Shown piece by piece: positions 9,412-19,830 of a stretch of 64,000 nucleotides of DNA. Positions within the stretch are counted from its first letter, which is position 1; each line of letters opens with the position of its first letter. The position numbers and the translations under genes are program-made. The stretch spans positions 32,396 to 96,395 of the forward strand of contig NZ_BTTW01000008.1 in the NCBI RefSeq assembly GCF_036245865.1, written 5' to 3'. The stretch comes from Corallococcus caeni. GTDB lineage: Bacteria; Myxococcota; Myxococcia; Myxococcales; Myxococcaceae. The notes beneath the pieces are model-generated. The model was not told where the DNA came from and made no database searches. It saw only the letters and a program-made list of their open reading frames with translations.

Positions 9412-10704
9412 TCAGTGGAGCGTCGGCTTGGGCGGGCGGCCTGACGGGGACTCGCCGTCCAGCTCGTACTCGCCGCTGGAGGACTCCGGCTCGTCGTCCG
9501 CCGCGTCCGGGCCCTCCGGGGCTTCCGGCAGGCCGGCGCCCGACTCCAGCGCCTCCGGCGCGCCCTCCAGGGCCTCCGGCTGGGCGGGCGCGGACGGGTT
9601 GGGCGGGGTGGGGGTGGTGGCGCCGGGCCACTCGGGCCAGGGCAGGGCGGGGGACAGCGGCTCGGCGCCGTCCACGGGCACGGGCCCCGCCGCGCGGGCG
9701 GCGGCGAGCAGGCGCAGCGCGGCGTCCTCGGCGGCGTCCTCCGCGGCCAGCTCCGTCATGCGCGCGGACTTCTGGCGCATGCGGCGCGCGAACGCGGCCA
9801 CGCACAGGATGGAGGCGGTGAGCCACAGGAGCGCGGAGCTGGTGGTGAGCGGCAGCCAGCCGTACCGGGCCGCGAGCCCCTCGCGCCAGTCCTGCTCCTC
9901 CAGCAACAGCGACGTGCGGAACGCCTTGCCGAAGGCCTGCTCGAAGGGCTCTCCCGCGCGCACGCCGTCCACCAGCAGGCCCATGGCGTGCGAGCCGTGC
10001 TTGCCGGTGAGGTAGGCCACGAAGGCGGCGCTCTGCGCGTACGCGATTTCAACGTCCGCGGGCACGTCCGGCCAGTCCTCGGACAGGTCCTCGAAGTGGA
10101 AGACGCGCTCCTGCGTCACCGCGCGGAAGAGGGCGGTGTAGTGCGCGACGGAGTAGCGCTCGTCGGTGAGGTTCTGCGCCACGCCCTCCTGGAACCAGCG
10201 CGGCCAGTCCTTCGCCAGCTGCCCCAGCGCCACGTGCGCCATCTCATGCCGCAGCGTCGTGGGGCCCTCCGTGTCGCTCAGGCTCAGCGCGTCCAGCAGG
10301 ATGATCTGATGCCCGGGATACGCGAGCGCCACCGCCCAGCCCGGGGGCTTGCCGCCGGGGAGGGCCAGCGCCTCGAACTCCTGACGGCCCACGCCCAGGC
10401 GGATCTCCGTGGTGCCCGGCCAGTCCCGCCCCAGCATCGCGCCGAAGGCGTCCCGCACGCCTTCAATCTGCCCGGCCAGCGCCCGCGCCGCGCCCGCGGC
10501 CTTCGCGGTGTGCAGGATGACGAAGCGCTGGGTCTTCAGCTCGCCCGCGACGATGGCGGGGCGGGCGTGGGGCACGAGCGCGCTGTCGGTGACGACGGCC
10601 TCCGTGGCGTGGATGCCTCGAGGACCCTCGTCCTGCGCGAACACGCCCGGCGAGGCCAGCAGCATCATCAGGAAGGCGAACAGGCGGAGCATGCGTGGCC
10701 TCAC
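9412..10704 (-). CDS. Secreted HExxH zinc metallopeptidase-like protein with a C-terminal TM anchor and acidic Pro-rich tail
   Basis: Signal peptide MRPRMLRLFAFLMMLLASPGVFA; HEMAHVALGQ zinc-binding motif; TM LLWLTASILCVAAFA. Confidence 0.6.
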   Translation of the reverse strand: MRPRMLRLFAFLMMLLASPGVFAQDEGPRGIHATEAVVTDSALVPHARPAIVAGELKTQRFVILHTAKAAGAARALAGQIEGVRDAFGAMLGRDWPGTTEIRLGVGRQEFEALALPGGKPPGWAVALAYPGHQIILLDALSLSDTEGPTTLRHEMAHVALGQLAKDWPRWFQEGVAQNLTDERYSVAHYTALFRAVTQERVFHFEDLSEDWPDVPADVEIAYAQSAAFVAYLTGKHGSHAMGLLVDGVRAGEPFEQAFGKAFRTSLLLEEQDWREGLAARYGWLPLTTSSALLWLTASILCVAAFARRMRQKSARMTELAAEDAAEDAALRLLAAARAAGPVPVDGAEPLSPALPWPEWPGATTPTPPNPSAPAQPEALEGAPEALESGAGLPEAPEGPDAADDEPESSSGEYELDGESPSGRPPKPTLH

Positions 10705-11000
10705 GGTCCACCAGAGATAACAGCCTCGACCGCCGCCGCATCAACCCCCTGCACCTTCAATCGCTTACGGCGCGACGTGTCACCCGCCACGAGTGTCACC
10801 TGGCGACGCGGCACGCCCAGCGTTTTCGCGATGAATTCCACCAGGGCGGCATTCGCTTCCCCATCCACGGGCGGCGCGGCGAGCTGGATCTTCAACTGGC
10901 CGTCATGCTCGCCCACCACCTTCGTGCGGGACGCGCGCGGCTGGACGAGCACCGTCAGCTCCACCCCGGCGGGGACGGCCTTGAGCCAGGGGGCGGGCAT
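10701..11000 (-). CDS. DUF167/YggU family protein
   Basis: 99 aa; GEANAALVEFIAKTLGVPRRQVTLVAGDTSRRKRLKV, typical of UPF0235. Confidence 0.7.
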   Translation of the reverse strand: MPAPWLKAVPAGVELTVLVQPRASRTKVVGEHDGQLKIQLAAPPVDGEANAALVEFIAKTLGVPRRQVTLVAGDTSRRKRLKVQGVDAAAVEAVISGGP

Positions 11001-11009
11001 GCGCGGGCG

Positions 11010-11537
11010 TCAGTCGTTGGAGGTGGCCTTCTTCTGCGACAGGAACGCGACGTTGTCCTCCACGCGCGCGTAGTCGCGGTCCGCGAAGGCGGGCGCGGCG
11101 AACGTCTCCAGCAGCTTGCGGTGGGCCTCCACCACGGAGCGCACCTGCGACTCGAACTGGGTGCGCTGGCGCTTGAGCTCGTTGATGTCCTCCACCACCT
11201 GCACCAGCCGCTGGTGCGCGCCGTGGACGATCTTCTCCGCCTGGTGCTCCGCGTCCGCGATGATGATCTCCGCTTCCTTCTTCGCGGCGTCCTTCAGGTC
11301 CTCGCTGATGCGCTGGGCGGTGACCATCGTCTCCTGGAGGGTGCGCTCGCGCTCCTGATGCTGCTCAAGGCGCGCCTGCGTGCGCTTCAGCTCCTCCTTG
11401 AGCGCGATGTTCTCCTTCACGACCTCCTCGAACTCGCCGGCGATCAGCTCCAGGTACGCGCCCACTTCGGGACGCGCGAAGCCGCGCATCACCGTCTCGA
11501 AGCGCTTCTGCCGGATGTCGAGGGGGGTGATCTTCAT
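11010..11537 (-). CDS. DivIVA domain protein
   Basis: N-terminal MKITPLDIRQKRFETVMRGFARPEV followed by a coiled coil. Confidence 0.8.
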   Translation of the reverse strand: MKITPLDIRQKRFETVMRGFARPEVGAYLELIAGEFEEVVKENIALKEELKRTQARLEQHQERERTLQETMVTAQRISEDLKDAAKKEAEIIIADAEHQAEKIVHGAHQRLVQVVEDINELKRQRTQFESQVRSVVEAHRKLLETFAAPAFADRDYARVEDNVAFLSQKKATSND

Positions 11538-11645
11538 GCGCCCCAGTCTAACCCATACACGCGCGCACTCCAGGAATCGGCCCCGGGGCGGCAGGGGCCC
11601 ACGGCCATGTCAGGCCTGGAGGGAGGGCAGGCGGGCAGGCGTGTT

Positions 11646-12212
11646 TCAGGGCGCGGGGGCCGCGGCGGCTTCCCACTGCGACGCCACCGAGCGCGCGGCG
11701 TTCTGCACCGCGTAGCCCACGCGGCTGTCGGCGGCCACGTCCTGCACCACGCGGCGCGCGGTGGGCGTGCGCTGATAGAGCAGCCCGCTCAGGGCCTGGA
11801 TCTTCAGCGCGTCCGGCAGGCGCGGGTGGCGCACGACGTTGCCCAGAATCTCCTCCGCGCGGCGGTGCTGGAAGAGGGCCACCGCGCGCAGCGCCGCCTG
11901 CTGGATGCGCGGGTTCGGGTCCCAGATGAACGCGGCCAGCGGGTCCAGGGCGCGCGCGTCGCCCAGCAGCGCCAGGTCCTCGATGGCGAGCGCGCGGATC
12001 TCCTCCGGCGCGGGCTCCGCCGCCCACAGCAGACCCTTCAGGAGGGCCGCGTCCGACGCGCTGGCGTCCTCCGGGGGCCGGGCGGGGGCGGCCCTGTCCG
12101 CGGGGGCCTTCTCGGGCTTCGGGGAGGCCTTGGGCGCGGCGGCCGGGGCCGACGGGGCCTGGGCGTGCGCGGCGGCGGTCAGGAGCAGGGCGGCGGCGAG
12201 GAGCGGTCGCAT
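11646..12212 (-). CDS. Secreted HEAT/PBS-lyase-like repeat protein
   Basis: Signal peptide MRPLLAAALLLTAAAHAQA; HEAT-like repeats (DPNPRIQQAALRAVALF...); ORF trimmed from 12419 to the first Met with a signal peptide. Confidence 0.55.
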   Translation of the reverse strand: MRPLLAAALLLTAAAHAQAPSAPAAAPKASPKPEKAPADRAAPARPPEDASASDAALLKGLLWAAEPAPEEIRALAIEDLALLGDARALDPLAAFIWDPNPRIQQAALRAVALFQHRRAEEILGNVVRHPRLPDALKIQALSGLLYQRTPTARRVVQDVAADSRVGYAVQNAARSVASQWEAAAAPAP

Positions 12213-12359
12213 GGGCCTCGTTCTACCCGAAACCCGGGAAGCCCGGCAGCGCGCCCGGGGGCTCCCCCTGGGTCGTCCACGACATTTTCTTGACGGGATC
12301 GCCGGACGTGGGAGGTTGCCGCTGCTACAGGCGTGTTGCGAACGGAGGTCGAAGTCACC

Positions 12360-12875
12360 ATGAGTGCGGCGGTCGCGAGCTGGCAGACACTGGAGAACGT
12401 CACGGTGGAGTGCACCCACTGCGGCGTGATGATGACGCTCCAGCCCGGGAGCCGGGTGAAGTACTACCGGTGCGGTTCATGCCACCGCTGGGTGTCCAGC
12501 ACCTACAGCGAGGTCTTCCGCGCGGACGCGAAGATGCGCACGCACCCGGTGAAGGATACCGCGGACGCGGACGCGCGCTTCGTGGAGGTGAAGGCCCGGT
12601 TGGACCAGTGGCTCACCGCCGTCCAGGAGCAGTGCCCGTACCAGACGATGGGCGTGTCGCCGCTGGACTCCGCGGACGTCATCCGCGCGCGCTTCCACGC
12701 GCTGGCCATGGAGCGGCACCCGGACCGGGGCGGCTCCGCGGAGCAGATGCGCGAGCTCAACGCCGCCTACGAGCGCATCCTCAAGCACCGTCAGCGCAAG
12801 CGGCTGGAGGCCATGGCCTCCGGTACGTCCACGCGCGCCACGCCCGCGTCCGTCCTGCCCGCTCGCAACAGGTAG
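12360..12875 (+). CDS. J-domain (DnaJ-like) protein with an N-terminal CxxC..CxxC zinc ribbon
   Basis: CTHCGVMM...CGSCHRW; J domain YQTMGVSPLDSADVIRARFHALAMERHPDRGG; GGAGG 13 nt upstream of ATG 12360. Confidence 0.65.
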   Translation: MSAAVASWQTLENVTVECTHCGVMMTLQPGSRVKYYRCGSCHRWVSSTYSEVFRADAKMRTHPVKDTADADARFVEVKARLDQWLTAVQEQCPYQTMGVSPLDSADVIRARFHALAMERHPDRGGSAEQMRELNAAYERILKHRQRKRLEAMASGTSTRATPASVLPARNR

Positions 12876-13801
12876 AGCCAGAACAGCGCTCCCAATGACA
12901 GGCCCAGCCCCACCTTGGCCCAGGTGGGGAACAGGTGGCCCGGGGAGATGAAGCCTTCCACCACGCCGATGCCGGCGAGGAAGGGCGCGCAGCCCACCAC
13001 CAGCTTCACCGCCTCACGTCCGCGCGCCTGGAGCGCCTGCGCGCGCGGCAATTCGCCGGGGTCGATGAGCGCCTGGCCCACCATCAGCCCCGCGCCGCCC
13101 GCGATGACGATGATGGACAGCTCCACCGGCCCGTGCGCGGCGATGAAGTCCAGGAAGCCCGTGGCCATGCCCTCGCGGAAGCACAGCGCGCCCACCGCGC
13201 CAATGAGCACGCCGTTGTTCACGAGCGTGAAGATGGGCCCCACGCCCAGGAGGATGCCGGACGCGAACGCGAACAGCGTGACGGTGAGGTTGTTGGTCGC
13301 GATGCCGGAGGCCACGGCATTGGGCGGCGCCACGGACAACAGGTCGTCCGTCCACATGCGCCCCTGCGCCACGTAGCGCCGCACGCCCTCCGGCACCAGC
13401 AGCTCCGCGCCGCGCGGCTCCAGCGTCACCACCAGCGCGCCCAGCAGCAACCCCAGCACCAGCAGGCCCGCGCTCACGCCCACGAAGCGCGCCTCGCGGC
13501 GCAGCGTGGCGGGGAAGTCGCGGCGGAAGAAGTCGCGCGTGGAGGCCCAGCGCTCGCGCGGCGGCTGGTAGATGGCGCCATACGCTTGCGCGCACAGCTG
13601 GTTGAGGAAGCGGTGCGCGTCCGTGCCTGGATAGAACGTCTGGGCTTGCGCCAGGTCCGCGGCCGCGCGCCGGTACAGCGTGTCCAGCGTGCGCAGCTCC
13701 GCCAGGCCCAGGCGGCCCGAGCGCTGGCGCGTGAGCAGCGCCTGGAGCGCGTCCCAGTCCGGGCGGCGCCGCGTGACGAACGTGGGCAGGGGCACGGCCA
13801 T
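12791..13801 (-). CDS. SpoIIM-like / DUF95 family integral membrane protein
   Basis: Multiple TM helices; FTLVNNGVLIGAVG...HGPVELSIIVIAGGAGL, characteristic of DUF95. Confidence 0.65.
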   Translation of the reverse strand: MAVPLPTFVTRRRPDWDALQALLTRQRSGRLGLAELRTLDTLYRRAAADLAQAQTFYPGTDAHRFLNQLCAQAYGAIYQPPRERWASTRDFFRRDFPATLRREARFVGVSAGLLVLGLLLGALVVTLEPRGAELLVPEGVRRYVAQGRMWTDDLLSVAPPNAVASGIATNNLTVTLFAFASGILLGVGPIFTLVNNGVLIGAVGALCFREGMATGFLDFIAAHGPVELSIIVIAGGAGLMVGQALIDPGELPRAQALQARGREAVKLVVGCAPFLAGIGVVEGFISPGHLFPTWAKVGLGLSLGALFWLYLLRAGRTDAGVARVDVPEAMASSRLR

Positions 13802-13802
13802 G

Positions 13803-14582
13803 TCAGTGGGCCGCCTTCGCGCGCGTGCGCAGGAAGGCCTCCGTGGCCTCCGCGGACTGGAGCACCCGCGCGCGCTCCTCGTCCGTCAGGGACGCGCCCA
13901 CGCGGTCCACCAGCCGCGCGCCCAGCCGCTGGCGCACCTCCGGCTCCAGGCCGGGCGCGCGCGCGAGGAACGCGAGCACCAGCTCCACGTCCTCCGCGTC
14001 CAGGGGCCGCTGCACGCTGGCGCCGGGCGTGGAGCCGGGCGCGGCGTCCGCCGGGGGCGCCTGGGTGTACTTGTCCAGGTCGATGGCCTCCTCGCGCACC
14101 AGCACGGTGCCGGCGAGCAGGTCCCCCAGCCGGCGGTGCCGCGAGTCCAGCAGCATGGTGATGCAGCCGGTGGCGTAGAGCACGGGCAGGAAGTCCACTG
14201 CACGGCAGAGGTTGCGCACCGCGCTTTCGAAGAAGCCCACCGGCGAGCCATCCTCGCGCACCACCCGGATGCGCATCACGCGCTTGCCGGGTGTCTGTCC
14301 ATGGAAGAAGACCTCCGCCAGCGTCCAGTACAGCCATTGCGTGGCGAAGAGGCCCACCGCGAGCAGTGTCTGCGTGAGCCCCGACAGCGCCTGGAAGGCT
14401 CCCAGCACGTCGGACACCAGCAGCGTGATGACGAAGTAGAGCGCCACCCAGAAGAAGAACAGCAGGCTCGCGTCCACCAGCCACGCCAGACAGCGGTAGC
14501 CGATGCCGGCCACGGGCAGGGAGAGCGCGACGCGTTCGGGGGTGGCGACGTCGACGTGGGGTGCGGGGGCGGAGGGAGTCAT
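13803..14582 (-). CDS. RDD family membrane protein
   Basis: TM helices plus RHRRLGDLLAGTVLV; ORF trimmed to Met65 (MTPSAP...). Confidence 0.6.
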   Translation of the reverse strand: MTPSAPAPHVDVATPERVALSLPVAGIGYRCLAWLVDASLLFFFWVALYFVITLLVSDVLGAFQALSGLTQTLLAVGLFATQWLYWTLAEVFFHGQTPGKRVMRIRVVREDGSPVGFFESAVRNLCRAVDFLPVLYATGCITMLLDSRHRRLGDLLAGTVLVREEAIDLDKYTQAPPADAAPGSTPGASVQRPLDAEDVELVLAFLARAPGLEPEVRQRLGARLVDRVGASLTDEERARVLQSAEATEAFLRTRAKAAH

Positions 14583-15008
14583 GCGCGCGGGACGCACAGC
14601 ATACGCCCTTGGCGTCCAGGACGCGCCATCCCCGTGCATTGGCGCCATTCCTCGGACGCCGGGCGAAACAGCAGGCGAAACATTGAAATGTGGACGCCGG
14701 ATGCGTGTCCCGCGGCCGACAGCGATCACGACCTGACGGACAGGGCCCTGGATTTCGATACGATTCGTGCGCAATTGACAGTCCCGACAGGGGCGGTTCG
14801 CATGAGGCCTTGGATGATGTTAGGGTCTCGGTTGGCAGGAATTGCCTGAAACGGAAAGGGAGGAACGGCCCGGATGGGCCAGTTCGGCAGTCGCAAGCGC
14901 AGTCCGCAGGGCAGCACTGACAAGACCCCCGGATGGAGTTGAAGCGCGGTTCTCGCACGCTCAGCACAGGCGGAAGTTCCGCCGCGGTTCCACCGACTCC
15001 GGGGCAGG

Positions 15009-15752
15009 TTGAAGTCGACAGGTAGCATTGAAAGCAATTCGCCACGACGGCTGGGGGGCCATCGCATGGCAGCGAATCAATCGGCAGTTCGTATTTCTAT
15101 TCTCGAAGGACCGTGGGCGGCCTGGCAGGGCTTGTCCGATGGGCTTCGGGGTGAGGGTCATTCCACTTCAGTGACGCGCGACGTGCGCGGCTTCCTGGAC
15201 GGACTCGGCACGGATCCACCGCAGGTGGCCATCCTCGACGTGGAGAGCGACGGCGAGGCCGCCATCGGATGCTCCGTGACGGAGGGGCTCAACCTGCTGC
15301 GTGAGGCCCGCAAGCGCCGGCTGGAAGTGCGCATGCTGCTCTTGTCCGCGGTGAGCACGCCGGAGGTCATCTCCCAGTGCTTCGACGAAGGGGCCTCCGG
15401 GTATCTCTTCCGCGCGGGGCTGGGCGTGAACGCGGTGTCCTCCGCGGTCCAGTCGCTGGTGCGGGGCGAGCGCCTCTTCCCGGTGCAACTGTTGCGCAAC
15501 GACTTCGAGCATCCGCCGGTGACGTCACCCACGGCGAGCGTGCTCTTGCTGCTCACGCAGCGGGAGCGCGAGGTGCTCCAGTACGTGGCGGGCGGGGCGG
15601 ACAACCTGAAGATCGCCGCGCACCTTCAAATCGCCGAGCGCACCGTGAAGTCACACGTCACGCAGCTCTACCGCAAGCTGGGCGCGGAGAACCGCACCCA
15701 GCTTGCCCTGCGCGCCTGCCACCTGGGCGTCAGGCCTCCGCCGGACCTCTAG
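15009..15752 (+). CDS. LuxR/FixJ-type response regulator (REC-like domain + LuxR HTH); alternative start 15066
   Basis: REVLQYVAGGADNLKIAAHLQIAERTVKSHVTQLYRKLG HTH; N-terminal receiver-like region QVAILDVESDGEAA. Confidence 0.7.
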   Translation: MKSTGSIESNSPRRLGGHRMAANQSAVRISILEGPWAAWQGLSDGLRGEGHSTSVTRDVRGFLDGLGTDPPQVAILDVESDGEAAIGCSVTEGLNLLREARKRRLEVRMLLLSAVSTPEVISQCFDEGASGYLFRAGLGVNAVSSAVQSLVRGERLFPVQLLRNDFEHPPVTSPTASVLLLLTQREREVLQYVAGGADNLKIAAHLQIAERTVKSHVTQLYRKLGAENRTQLALRACHLGVRPPPDL

Positions 15753-15813
15753 CCGGTCCGGCCCACCCTCCCCGTTGAAGCGGGGAGGGCGCGGTGGGAA
15801 GCGCACGCGGCCT

Positions 15814-16041
15814 TCAGTTCTTGTTGCGGGCCGCGTCCTCTTCCATCTTCTTGCGGAGGCTCAGCGGACGCATGTCCGTCCAGACCTCCTTGATGTACTC
15901 CAGGCACTCGGCCTTCAGGCCCTGCTTGCCGGCGTCCTTCCAGCCCAGCGCGTTCTCACGGTCCGCGGGCCAGATGGAGTACTGCTCTTCGTGGTTGACG
16001 ACGACCTTGTAGATGGTCGTGTCTTCGCGCTCGTCGCTCAT
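15814..16041 (-). CDS. mbtH: MbtH-like protein (stand-alone)
   Basis: 75 aa [38 protein letters not shown]... with canonical MbtH tryptophans; the long ORF 15814..17142 is trimmed to this. Confidence 0.85.
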   Translation of the reverse strand: MSDEREDTTIYKVVVNHEEQYSIWPADRENALGWKDAGKQGLKAECLEYIKEVWTDMRPLSLRKKMEEDAARNKN

Positions 16042-16227
16042 CGGGGGGCTCCTGGATGCAGGGGACCCCCTTTCGTCGCACACCCGGGGAAAAGCGGTCA
16101 AGGTAGGTGGAGGCGACAACGCCCGGACCTTCCTGGGAAGGCGGATCCGCGCCCGGCCGCCCGCCGGGGTTGCGCCCGGAACCCGTGGCCGTGACACGAG
16201 CGGCATGGGGCGCGGATACTCGGCCGC

Positions 16228-17235
16228 ATGCGCATCTGGAAGAACGCCATGTCGGGGCTCGTGCTCCTCCTGGGGGGCGCCTGGGCCTCGTTGGCCATGG
16301 CCCTGACGGGGACGGGGCCGGAGGGGCCGCACGTGGCCCGGACCCTCGTGGCGGGGGCCCTGGTGGCCGCGGCGGTGGCGACCTGGCGGTGGCGCTCCGG
16401 GCGCTGGGGCGTGGCGGTGATGCTGCTGGGGTGCCTTGGCGTGCAGGGCTGGGTGCGGACGTTCCAGCCCTCCAACACGCGCGACTGGGCGCCGGACCTG
16501 GCGCGGGCGCCGTGGGCGGAGGTGGCGGGTTCGAAGGTGACGCTGCACGAGGTGCGCGACTTCCGCTACCGCAGCACCACGGACTGGGACCCCGCCTGGT
16601 ACACGGCCACCTACGACACGGACGCGCTCACGGAGGCGTCGTTCATCGTGGAGCCCTTCTCCGGGTTCTACGGCGCCGCGCACACGATGGTGAGCTTCGG
16701 CTTCCAGGACGGCCGCCGCGTGGTGTTCTCCGTGGAGGTGCGGCGGGAGCAGGGGGAGACGTTCTCCGCGCTGGGCGGGCTCTTCCGCCGCTTCGAGATC
16801 GCCTACGTCGTGGGCGACGAGCGGGACCTGATCCAGCTGCGGTCCAACTTCCGCCACGACGTCGTGTATGTGTATCCGGTGAACGCGTCCCGGGAGCGCA
16901 TCACCGCGTTCTTCCTGGACATGGTGCAGCGGATGAACGGGTTGCACACGCAGCCGGAGTTCTACGACACGCTCACCAGCAACTGCACCACCAACCTGGT
17001 GCGCCACTTCGAGAAGGTGGCTACGAAGGACGTGCCGTACGACCACCGCACGCTGATGCCGGCGTTCGCGGACGAGCTCGCCTACGAGCTGGGCATCATC
17101 GACACGGACGTGCCGCTGCCGCAGGTCCGCCAGCGCTACCACATCAACTCGCGCGCCCTGGCCGCGCAGGGGCGGGACGACTTCTCCGCCCGCATCCGCG
17201 CGCCGCTTCAGACCGCCACCGCGCCCGCGCCCTGA
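16228..17235 (+). CDS. DUF4105 domain membrane/lipoprotein-like protein
   Basis: N-terminal hydrophobic region; core [36 protein letters not shown]...[12 protein letters not shown]. Confidence 0.6.
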   Translation: MRIWKNAMSGLVLLLGGAWASLAMALTGTGPEGPHVARTLVAGALVAAAVATWRWRSGRWGVAVMLLGCLGVQGWVRTFQPSNTRDWAPDLARAPWAEVAGSKVTLHEVRDFRYRSTTDWDPAWYTATYDTDALTEASFIVEPFSGFYGAAHTMVSFGFQDGRRVVFSVEVRREQGETFSALGGLFRRFEIAYVVGDERDLIQLRSNFRHDVVYVYPVNASRERITAFFLDMVQRMNGLHTQPEFYDTLTSNCTTNLVRHFEKVATKDVPYDHRTLMPAFADELAYELGIIDTDVPLPQVRQRYHINSRALAAQGRDDFSARIRAPLQTATAPAP

Positions 17236-17254
17236 GGCCTGGCGCCGGCCGGCC

Positions 17255-18001
17255 TCAGGTGCCCGTGGCGGCCGGGGCCTGCGTGGGGGCAGGGGCGCCG
17301 CGCAGGTGCTTGTCGTAGTGCCTCTCCAGCGCGGTGAAGTAGCCGCGCTCCTCCCACATCTCCTGGAGGAGCCGGTCGGTGAGGGACTTCACCTCCGCGC
17401 TCTCGCTCTTCGGGTCGGGCACCCGGGCGCCGCCCTGCTTCGGATCCATGAAGGCGCGGGTGGCCTCGGCCATCAGCACCCGGCTGCTCCGGAAGATGCG
17501 GCGCAGGGCCTGGTTGATGGGGCGGGCGTCCAACTCCGCGCAGGCGGCGACGATGGCGGCCTGCACCTTCAGGGGCGCGTCCCCCTGGAGCGAGGCCGCG
17601 TCCAGGTCTCCGCGCTGGAGCGCGTGGTGCAGCAGGTAGCCGTGGTGCAGGCAGGCGCTCGTCAGGTCCACGCAGTCCTTCACCCAGAGGACGAAGAAGA
17701 CCTTGCGGAACACCTTGCGCACCGGGAAGAGGGCCACGGCCTTGAGATAGGACACCAGCTGTCCGCCCAGGCTGCGCGCTTCGTACGAGCCGGCGAGCAC
17801 CGCGATGGCCTTGTCCGGCGCCTTCAGGCCCTTGTCCTTGAGCTGGTCGCGCACGGACTGCTCACGCACCTGGCGCAGGGCATAGTCGTCCAGGAAGGGC
17901 ACGGGGATGAGCGGGGTGAGCCCGGCCGCCACGGCGTGGAAGGCCACGCGGGCGAGCGAGGGCGGCACGGCGCCGGGCGGCGGGAGGGTGGAATCAGCCA
18001 T
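17255..18001 (-). CDS. Hypothetical protein
   Basis: ORF trimmed to [12 protein letters not shown]...; no recognised motif. Confidence 0.4.
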   Translation of the reverse strand: MADSTLPPPGAVPPSLARVAFHAVAAGLTPLIPVPFLDDYALRQVREQSVRDQLKDKGLKAPDKAIAVLAGSYEARSLGGQLVSYLKAVALFPVRKVFRKVFFVLWVKDCVDLTSACLHHGYLLHHALQRGDLDAASLQGDAPLKVQAAIVAACAELDARPINQALRRIFRSSRVLMAEATRAFMDPKQGGARVPDPKSESAEVKSLTDRLLQEMWEERGYFTALERHYDKHLRGAPAPTQAPAATGT

Positions 18002-18115
18002 GGCGTGTTTCATAACCGCTTCCGCGCCCGCCGCCTTCCGCCGGTAGAGTGGGATTGTCATGAACCCGTCGCGCGAGCGCGGGACAGGGAAAGGCGTGGC
18101 TCCCGGATGAAGGCG

Positions 18116-18700
18116 AAGGCGAAGGTGAAGCAGGAGCTCCCGGTCGTGCCGTTCGCGTCGGAGAAGGCGTGGGAGCAGTGGCTGGAGAAGCATCACGCCG
18201 ACGCGCCGGGCGTCTGGGTGAAGCTCGCGAAGCTGGAGTCCGGCATCCCGTCCGTGACGTATGCCCAGGCGCTGGAGGTGGCGCTCTGCTACGGCTGGAT
18301 CGACGGGCAGAAGGACGCGTTCGACGCGGAGTACTGGCTCCAGCGCTTCACGCCGCGCAAGCCGCGCAGCAAGTGGTCCAAGATCAACTGCGGCAAGGTG
18401 GAGGCCCTGGTCGCCGCCGGGCGCATGAAGGCCGCGGGCCTGCGCGAGGTGGAGGCGGCGCGCGCGGATGGTCGCTGGGAGGCCGCGTACGCGGGGGCGA
18501 AGACCATCGTGGTGCCGGCGGACCTGACGCTCGCGCTGGAGAAGAACCCGAAGGCGAAGGCGTTCTTCGCCACGCTCAAGAGCGCCAACCGCTACGCCAT
18601 CCTCTACCGGCTCCACGAGGCGAAGAAGCCCGAGACGCGGGCGCGGCGGCTGGAGAAGTTCGTCTCCATGCTGGAGGCCGGGGAGACGCTCCACGGCTGA
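18116..18700 (+). CDS. YdeI/OmpD-associated (bacteriocin-protection) family protein
   Basis: WVKLAKLESGIPSVTYAQALEVALCYGWIDGQK...RFTPRKPRSKWSKIN...NRYAILYRL. Confidence 0.7.
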   Translation, partial: KAKVKQELPVVPFASEKAWEQWLEKHHADAPGVWVKLAKLESGIPSVTYAQALEVALCYGWIDGQKDAFDAEYWLQRFTPRKPRSKWSKINCGKVEALVAAGRMKAAGLREVEAARADGRWEAAYAGAKTIVVPADLTLALEKNPKAKAFFATLKSANRYAILYRLHEAKKPETRARRLEKFVSMLEAGETLHG

Positions 18701-18721
18701 GGCCGCGGGAGGCTCCGCGGA

Positions 18722-19615
18722 CTACGTCGGCCCGCCCATGACTTCCATCGTGTGCTTGAGCCGCTCCAGGCCCAGCCGCACCAGGGCGCCGCGCAGGTCG
18801 GGCTGGCCCAGGAAGGCCTTCTTGAACACGTCGCGCTCCAGCTTGAGGAGCGTGCAGGGCGTCACGGTGCGCACGGTGGCGGTGGCCAGCCGGCTGCGCA
18901 AGAGGGAGATCTCCCCGAACAGGGCGCCTTCCTCCAGCGTGGGGTAGGGGGACTGGCGGCCGTCGCCGTGCGTGTGGAAGACCTCGCACTGGCCCCGGAT
19001 GAGGACGTAGAGCGCGTCGCCCGGCTGGCCCCGGGTGAGCAGCGTCTCTCCGGCGGGGACGGTGCAGGGGACGAAGGCGTCACCCAGCTCGTGCTGCACC
19101 TCCGGGGGCAGGGCGGCGATGAGCGGGTTGCTGCGCAGCGCGTCCGCGAGCAGGCGCTCCCGGGCGGTGACCTGCATCTGCTCGCCCTTGACGCCGTAGT
19201 CCTTGCCCAGCTCCCGGACGCCGGCCTGGGTGAGCTCCAGCAGCACGGCGTCCTCCACCGTCACGATGGTGGCGGTGCGCTGCGTGCCGGTGAGCAGCGC
19301 CAGCTCGCCGAAGAACTCGCCGGCGCCCAGGCGGCCGACCTCCGTGTTGGCGCCGTTGTCGCCGCCGCGCAGCACCGCGACGCGGCCCTCCAGCACGACG
19401 AACATCGAATGGCCCGGGTCGCCCTCGCGCACGACGATCTGGCCCGCGGGCAGGTAGCGCGTGCAGACGGGCGGCGGCGCGGGGGCACCTTCCGCATCCG
19501 TCGGAGCGCCTGCCGCCGTGGGCGCGGCGGAGGTCGCGGGCGTCTGCACGGCGGAGGTGGCCGGGGCGGACGGGTGGGCGGACAGCAGGGCCTGCAGGCG
19601 CGCGAACAGGGACAT
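18722..19615 (-). CDS. Tandem cyclic-nucleotide-binding (cNMP) domain protein
   Basis: Two CAP-like domains: GEFFGELALLTGTQRTATIVTVED and GALFGEISLLRSRLATATVRTVT; ATG at 19615 preferred over the TTG at 19624. Confidence 0.8.
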   Translation of the reverse strand: MSLFARLQALLSAHPSAPATSAVQTPATSAAPTAAGAPTDAEGAPAPPPVCTRYLPAGQIVVREGDPGHSMFVVLEGRVAVLRGGDNGANTEVGRLGAGEFFGELALLTGTQRTATIVTVEDAVLLELTQAGVRELGKDYGVKGEQMQVTARERLLADALRSNPLIAALPPEVQHELGDAFVPCTVPAGETLLTRGQPGDALYVLIRGQCEVFHTHGDGRQSPYPTLEEGALFGEISLLRSRLATATVRTVTPCTLLKLERDVFKKAFLGQPDLRGALVRLGLERLKHTMEVMGGPT

Positions 19616-19830
19616 GGTGGCCAAATGCTACCCGGGGCGCCCCGGCGGAAACTGTGAAGCGCTTCACAGGCAGCGCGGAGGTGGCCTGAAAGACAGCCAG
19701 GCAGGCGCTGGGCGCTCATTGAACAGGGATTGACCGCTGCTGTCACGTCTGTGTTTCGCCCTTCCTGACGCACGGCGACGGGCGCCGGGGATGGCGTGGG
19801 CGGACCGGGACGCCCTACAGTCCCTGGCCC

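Noticed and set aside
14583-15065. Searched the 480-bp intergenic region for a tRNA, small RNA or CRISPR repeat
   Set aside because: No cloverleaf-compatible T-loop (GGTTCGAATCC-like) and no direct repeats found; treated as the promoter region of the response-regulator gene.
15814-17142. 442-aa minus-strand ORF
   Set aside because: Only the 3' 228 nt encode the MbtH-like protein; the remainder is antisense to the DUF4105 gene.
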